Assembly: GCF_001949145.1 (NCBI RefSeq)
Contig: NW_019091355.1
Coordinates: forward strand, 4,909,518 to 4,973,517
Source of the DNA: Acanthaster planci
Lineage: Eukaryota
Direction of reading: 5' to 3'
Length of the DNA stretch: 64,000 nucleotides
Shown here: positions 50,579 through 64,000 of the stretch, piece by piece
Position numbering within the stretch: position 1 is the first letter of the stretch
Layout: every line of letters begins with the position of its first letter
The notes under the pieces: model-generated
Told to the model about the DNA's origin: nothing
The model's input: only the letters and a program-made list of their open reading frames with translations
Database searches by the model: none
Translations under genes and position numbers: made by a program

Positions 50579-53014
50579 CATGTCCAAATGACAAACGAAT
50601 CAAGACAGCACGAAAACAGGTAACCAAAAATCTCCCTTAGACATTAAATGCTTTAATATCTATCAGTGAGCTCTAACCTTACTTGTCCGAGTCGAAAAAT
50701 GTAATCATTGACTTATTCAATATTATATTTCAGCAAACATAATTCATAAAATCTACAATAAAAAAGCAAAAATAATTCAAAAAATCTACAATGTAAGTGT
50801 GCAAATAGTCGAGAAATGAAATAAACGTTCTAAATAATTTAAGGTTATACCTTTTCGCATTCGATGCAGCCTACAATTTAGATTTCATCCTATCGCTCAG
50901 CATAATTCATAAACATTTCCTTAACTCCCACTTGTGAGTTCTTTCCCTTGTAAATTATGGTTATTTCACGAGAACAACCAGTACACAAATGTGTAATTAA
51001 TATATTGTGAACAATTCCAATACTTGTAATTAATTTTCTGTTTAAAATATCTGTAATTTATTAAGGTTAACTTCAATTCAATACTTGTATGGTATTAAGC
51101 TTGAATCACATTGGAGTCAACAGTTTTATGAAAGCTTTTCTCGGTGTACGACTTCTCAAATAATGAGGTTAAAATTCTATGCTTAGTTTGCTATTCATTT
51201 TGTAGGATAAACTATATGTACAAGAAAAACTTTCACTCTGATATGTAAGAATCATTTCAAGTGTGCTTGATTAAAATTTTTAAAACAATTTCAACACAAG
51301 GAATTAGTCTTTTTTCTTCGTCAAGAGACAGACAACTTACTTAATAAACTTTATAAATCAATTTTTTGTTGCAAAAAGGGAGTTATAAAATCGTATCATT
51401 TTGAATAAATTGTTTCCCAATATACAATCATATCGTGTCAATGAGTAGGAGAATGGGCATCCGTATTTCACGTTCATTGTCAAATCTAATCCAATCTCAT
51501 CTAATCTACACCTACATGTACCAGCAAAATTAAATGAAAACTCACAAATATCAAGTAACGTTTGATGTAAACATGTCTTCCTGTCCCCAACTTTGAAACT
51601 AACTCCAATATGGCAACAAATGTTCCCTACCCAGTCACAATGCACACCATTGGATCATTTGAATCAATATATTTTCAATATATAACTAGCCCCCCCCAAA
51701 AAATGGTTCCAGATCCATTCTTGCCCCCATTCAAATCAATCCTGAAACAACAGTCTTTTACAGTCTGCTAAAAGTTTTCTGAAAACTTCAGAGTTCAGAC
51801 TCAGTGGACGACACTAATCAATCATCTTGGAATCTCAACCTCTTCCAAATAAAAGTTGGCATCACCAGAACCACTTTGCATGGTGACCCAGCTTTCCATG
51901 TGTTGCCATTTCACAGCTGGCAAAAAAAAAAAACTTCCATCCTCCTTATCATCATTCTGTGCTAACAAAAGTGCAGAAGTTTTGCACGTACCCCATAACA
52001 AAAGAATAAATGAGATGTGCACAAGCCAAAAACTTCCTTGCCAATCCGTGAAACATGCTGCACCTTTCACACTACTTTTTCTAATATAGCGACAAATAAT
52101 CTACATTACAGTAAGCAACACTGCAAAAAGGTAACAGTGTCCGCTGTCAAACACCAAGCCTATGTGCATAGCATGATCAAAAATAGAACAATTCAAACCG
52201 ATTGCAATGTCACTGTTACTAACTCTATCATAGAATTCTAAAAAGTCTACAACAAGCAACCGAACTGATCAACTATGAAATCTAATACAGAAATATAGCT
52301 ATCGAGGTCCCTGGACCACAGACTATTGCAAGCTTGTCTTCATTCTGCCACTCACTTTTCACTTTGAAATCCAACCAAATCCTTTTACCAATGACATTAA
52401 ACGGAGCTTGTGTTTGTAATGACAGAAAAATGCATACAGAAATAATACCTGTTAATGCTGGTCACGATGGAAATAAAACAAAAAAGAAACAAAGAAACAA
52501 AATTCAAATTTCTAATTACAAATTCAATTAGGATTAGCACTCAGCTGCACAAAGCATGACAAATTCATCTCACAACATACTGCATTAGAATCACGACATA
52601 TAGATGGTATATTTCCCTGGTAACCTTGTCACACTTTGTTTAGGGCAACATAGTCACAAGAATGGCTGCAGAATGTGATCAGGCAAGATTTGGGCAGTGT
52701 CTGAAATGGGCTTCCATAGCTAAAACTTGTTGTCAGCATGTCTCTGCACACTTGCAATCAGCAGATACCTAGACCAACACATAGCTCTAGACAAAAGATT
52801 TAGATGTAGCCTAATAATGGACATGACCAGGGTTTTTTAAAAAGGCCACATATCGTAACGAATAACAAGAGATAGGTGCCCTTTACTGCCCTTGGCTGAA
52901 TCTGCAAATCATTCTCTGGAAATCAGAGTTTCAGCCAAAAACTAAAAGTCTTGCAATAGTTCTGAGGTCAGGCCGCCTACTAAATTTTCCCTGCTTAAGC
53001 ATTTTCTTTTCTTT

Positions 53015-59685
<6,671 letters not shown>

Positions 59686-59984
59686 GATGATGAAGATAGA
59701 TGCACGAGTGTCGGATCTCCAAATGCACGAATGTTTAAAGCAGGAAATACCGATCAAAGTAAAGCCGATCAGATTCAGTTTTTCTCACTTGCCACAGGGT
59801 ATTTATACGAAAGACCCAGTTAGCTAGCTAGAGCCTGAGCCTGTTTGTACATGTTGCCCTTTAACTTTTATGGCACGCCTGTTCTTCGTTATTTGTAAAC
59901 ATGATTAACATCTCAAACTTTGTCTCTCACGCTACGCCACGGTGCCACCTTTGTCTAACTGCCCTGAGAACAGGCAAAATTCGA

Positions 59985-60560
59985 TTTTCATTCAATTCAA
60001 TATACATTTATTTAGAACTCTCCAATACTAAGAGCTGCACGTATAAATACAACCATAAACAAATTGAGGTAACGAAAAATATAATTTCAATAACAAAGAG
60101 TACTACTTGAAAGGCAATATGGCAAGATTAATCATTGTTACTAATTAAGTACGAAATATGAGTTACTGGAGGAGAGCTACAGGCCTTTCACATAAGCCAG
60201 ATAGGCTTGTAACTTAACTGGAGCCATCCTCGAAACAGCCTGGACACACAACACAATTTCTTAAACTACAGAGTGAAGATACACAAAACAGACACCAGAC
60301 ATTGACAAACGGGACACTTGAAACAAAACCAACGTGGTGCCATGCTGATGCGACACGTTGAAAAACCCTCCAAGGTCCATGTACAAAGACAACAATGCAA
60401 ACAAGGGAAGAGGCAACTAACAAAGACGCATGAAAGAGGGTTACTGAGAGAGGAGTCTTTAATAGGATGATTTAAATCGACAGCGTACGACATATGATGT
60501 CCTCAGGAGTGGAATTCCACAGACGCATCCATATTTATAAGCTATTTTCAAATCAAAATA
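59985..60560 (-). mobile_element. Decayed 3' end of a CR1/L2-group LINE upstream of the macroH2A coding start
   Basis: The minus strand has an RLWNSTPEDI remnant (about 60500-60530), an ACAAGCC..GGCTT hairpin (about 60195-60210), and AATAAA plus a TTGAA-repeat tail (about 59990-60012). Confidence 0.5.
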
Positions 60561-61503
60561 TGGGCCTGTGTGGGGAATTAAATTTACAGTTTCCATTTGA
60601 AAACGGTCCTGAATGTTCAACCATTATTCTCACATGAATATTGTTCCGTAACTCTTCAATCCTTTAACGACTTGGAAAATATAAAACTGCTACACCTTTT
60701 TGTTTTGTAAAAAATGTATATTGTATGGACCATTTGAATTGTTAATTTGGCCTTCCATACTAGATTGACTCGCTCGACCCCGCCCACAAGCCAAACGTCA
60801 TGCTTTTGAAAAAGACTGGTACCTCCTTGTTCGCCCTGACAAGTTTTCTTAACTGAATGCAAGAGACAGGGTCAAGCACAGAAAATAATGATATTGAAGC
60901 GCTACGAGTACTTTCGTTCGTGCCAGAACTTGTCTCTGTGAATCACGTAACTGTCAGTGTCAGTTAATTTCGGCCTTAGAAATTGTCAACCCATGTTTCA
61001 AGGTAGGACACACTGTTGAAGGAGCACGCTCTGTACGAACATGTAGTTTTAATGATTCAACTAAAGCCATGAAAGCAGGTCTGATAGTAATGTAGTCAAG
61101 ATGACCATAACAAGAACTAGGCTGCACTGATAGGCCTACGTTATCAGGTTAATTTATTCATGGTTGTGGGCTCATTTAAACTATTATTATTAATAGGGCC
61201 GAAAGGCTGCATGCCAATCTGTTGCTAGAGCTATGTCTAGGTCTTCGCTCCATTGGAAATGTGCGGAGACGCGTTGACAATAGACCTAGCCGCAGCTCAG
61301 GAAGCTCGTTTCGGACAAGTTTCATGTTGTATGACCTCTTGAGGGCGCTCTGTTAACAGGTCAGGGACCAAAAATAAGTAGATATCTAGGCCTACACACG
61401 AAAACATAAAACAAATCTGGGCTGCCATGGGCCTACCAACGTACCAGTTCATTACTATTTTGTGAGCCCATTGGGTTTTTGCAGTAAGACTTGCCATCAT
61501 CTA

Positions 61504-62295
61504 CAGTAAACCTCAGCTAAGTCGGGACTCAAGAAATTATGACGACTTACACGAATGGCGACTGTAACTTAGTCATCATTTTGCTGACTTACACGTACAC
61601 ATGTATTGCCTATATGTACATTATGATTCCTTGCATTAACTCAATGGCTTTGATTTACCCTGGTTAATTTTTACTCCTATGGTCAATCCCAGCAAATTCG
61701 TTCTCGATTATTATCCTCAGGGGCTGCAAATTCGATAATTGATAGTCTGCCCCTAAGAACGAACCAAGGATGGCAAGCCACTTGCATATCACATCACGAC
61801 TCAACAGTGCAGTACGTACATGTACGTGATACAGTTACGGTACAGAAAACATACACTCATCCACACACGCGCATTGGTTAAGTTCGTTCATTAAGGCAAC
61901 CCCCAAAATGGACAGAGCGCATGCTGTAGCCCTAGAGGGGCTACTGGCATTGATGTACTCAGGCTGGCTGATTATCAACCATGGCCCGTACTGCTAATAA
62001 GCAGACATCAGTCAAGCAGTGTGGGACTTGTCACTTCTTGGCAACCGTGGTGAAGGAAACTGATACCGAAGCACAATTTATTTTTAATGCCAACTTGCAC
62101 AAAGGCATTTTTGTGGTTTTTTTGAAAAGGGACCGAGAAAAATATGCCGACTTATACAAAATGACGACTTATAAATGCTGACTTACAAAAGAAATTTTCA
62201 ATGGAAATGCGATACAGACGATCGGGACTTTTGTCAAAAGGCCGACTTAGACGATATGACGAGTTACCCAATGCTGACTTAGTCGGAGTTTACTG
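61504..62295. mobile_element. Tc1/mariner(pogo)-type non-autonomous element with TA target-site duplication
   Basis: TA|CAGTAAACCTCAGCTAAGTCG ... GCTGACTTAGTCGGAGTTTACTG|TA, with repeated subterminal GACTTA motifs. Confidence 0.8.
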
Positions 62296-64000
62296 TATGT
62301 AAGATAGCTTACATACTGTACAGTTGTACTACGGTCGTATGGTCGTGCATCCTCTGTCGATCTGTATCGGCGAACTAACAGTCCACCCATTCACAGAGGT
62401 CTTTCAACACTCAATCAAGACCATCCACTGTGCAAGTTAATGCGATCTCACCATGGTCTTTCAACACTCAATCAAGAAATATACATGTAATTATTCTATA
62501 AGCAACAATAATCTCAGAATCTATAAACAAGGTTTTCACAATAAAACAGTGTTTTTTAAGTAAAACATGTACAGAAAAAGTTATGTATAATCATATGACA
62601 TTATACAACGTACAGCATTAACATGAAATGCATGTATATGAACAGTATGTCAGATCTATTCCTGTCAAAACAAATCTCGCTGGCTGTGTATGATACCTAC
62701 AACAGTTCAATTTCAAACCCTAAGACTTTACTTACAGTGCCTTTATCATTACCAGTAAATACTTATCAGACGTTTCATAAATAAACATGTCAATCATCCA
62801 ACTGCACTAGTCGGAGTAACTACATAAATTAAGACTCTACAACTTGTCCCTTTTTACATTGAGACATGGTCAGCTAGAGGGTCTGCTCATTTGACATTAC
62901 AGTCATGTTTTTCCTACAAGTGGCTGCTAAAACTATGGGCCTAGTTGGCTGTTGGTGCCAAAGTAAAAGAATTTTTGCGATGTATAAAAAATCTTAATAA
63001 TATATACGTACTACTGAATACTTTATGAGAATACAACCCAATTTAAAATTAATGGGACAAATGTTCCTATAATTGAACGAATTACAGGTAGAATAAAAAA
63101 CCAATCTAAAGGTGATAGGCCTATTTCGGAAAACTTTGGCCACCCATACAAGTTTCAGGTAAAATGAGAGTGGTCTATAAGAAAGTCCCGGCATGTTTTG
63201 GCATTTAATGTTTGTGGAATCCTCGTTAGCCATAATTGAGATTCAGCCCTTGGTTTTGACACCTTACGTACGTATTTCAGCAAAATGCGGTTAGTTTTGC
63301 TCGATTGATTGAAATCAATAACATTCTTTGAAAAACAAAAGAATCATTGATTTTTTTTTTCTAACTCAGGTTGGGAAAAAAAATTGGCGATATAAAGCAA
63401 TATTGCTAATATCATTCCATGCAATTTGATTTCAGCTGTACAGGTTTGCGGTACTCAACGTGTCGGACAGTATGCTCTGTTCATCAGGATTTTCTTTAAA
63501 AAAAATGAGATGATTCTGTTTTTGAGACTTGTATCATGAGGACCCAATCATGATATTGTCAACTCACATACTTGGTGCAGTTGCTGTTTCTGCCATTAAG
63601 TGAACTCACTGACGTGATGCAGACATATCCGGCTTTCACCCTAGAACTATGGGGCTTGTCGTTTGGCCTCTCAGAACAAGCCCCTTAGTTCTTGGGTCAA
63701 TCTGGACTCATCCACTAGGCCAAGGGGGCACTTCGAATTGGAGTTAGAATCAAGCTTTACCAAATCATGTGACATTTTTGTGCTATGTAGGCATATATTT
63801 TGTGCACACTGCCGTCGATTAGAGAGGGAAAACACTAAGCATGACCAGAAAAAAAACGACTTGCTTATAGGTGTGGTTTTTATTGAAAGCTTTTGCCGGT
63901 GTTTTTTATTATTTTTTATATATTTTTCTTTTCCCCATATCCTTTTCAAATGACCAGTTTCGAGGGCCCTGAATCGTTCATCATTTTGGAGAGGAGCAGG

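Noticed and set aside
62398..62477. 23-bp direct repeat GGTCTTTCAACACTCAATCAAGA with ATG|GTGAGA on the minus strand
   Set aside because: A two-copy local duplication; the apparent start and donor cannot be tied to macroH2A without transcript data.

Overview
This is eukaryotic, intron-rich genomic DNA from an animal. The repeat content and abundant TACATGTA/TAGGCCTA motifs suggest a marine invertebrate deuterostome such as an echinoderm, but that is inference. Seven spliced genes were rebuilt by hand from GT-AG boundaries and reading-frame continuity. (1-3) Three tandem sigma-class glutathione S-transferases on + (copy 1 lacks exon 1, which lies upstream of the window). (4) RPS24 on -, with a TOP/TCT start, an ATG-only first exon and a last exon that opens with the stop codon. 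(5) A fourth, more divergent sigma GST on +, head-to-head with RPS24. (6) An alpha-arrestin (ARRDC-like) gene of about 1,103 aa with a very long disordered tail carrying PY motifs and a PDZ-binding end. (7) A macroH2A gene on - (372 aa, macroH2A1.1-like). Between them lie many MITEs, foldback elements, a THAP-bearing transposon remnant, LINE fragments and three assembly gaps (7009-7327, 16520-17019, 22659-23044). No CRISPR array, rRNA or tRNA was recognised. I cannot claim a wholly new biological system. The best leads are a recursive-splice-type exon and the giant tail in the alpha-arrestin, an orphan duplicated GST promoter with conserved ARE and FOXO sites, a GST paralog with an altered glutathione site, hidden or micro exons at the RPS24 3' end, an Asp-to-Asn change in the macroH2A ADP-ribose pocket, and over-represented palindromes that look like transposon footprints.
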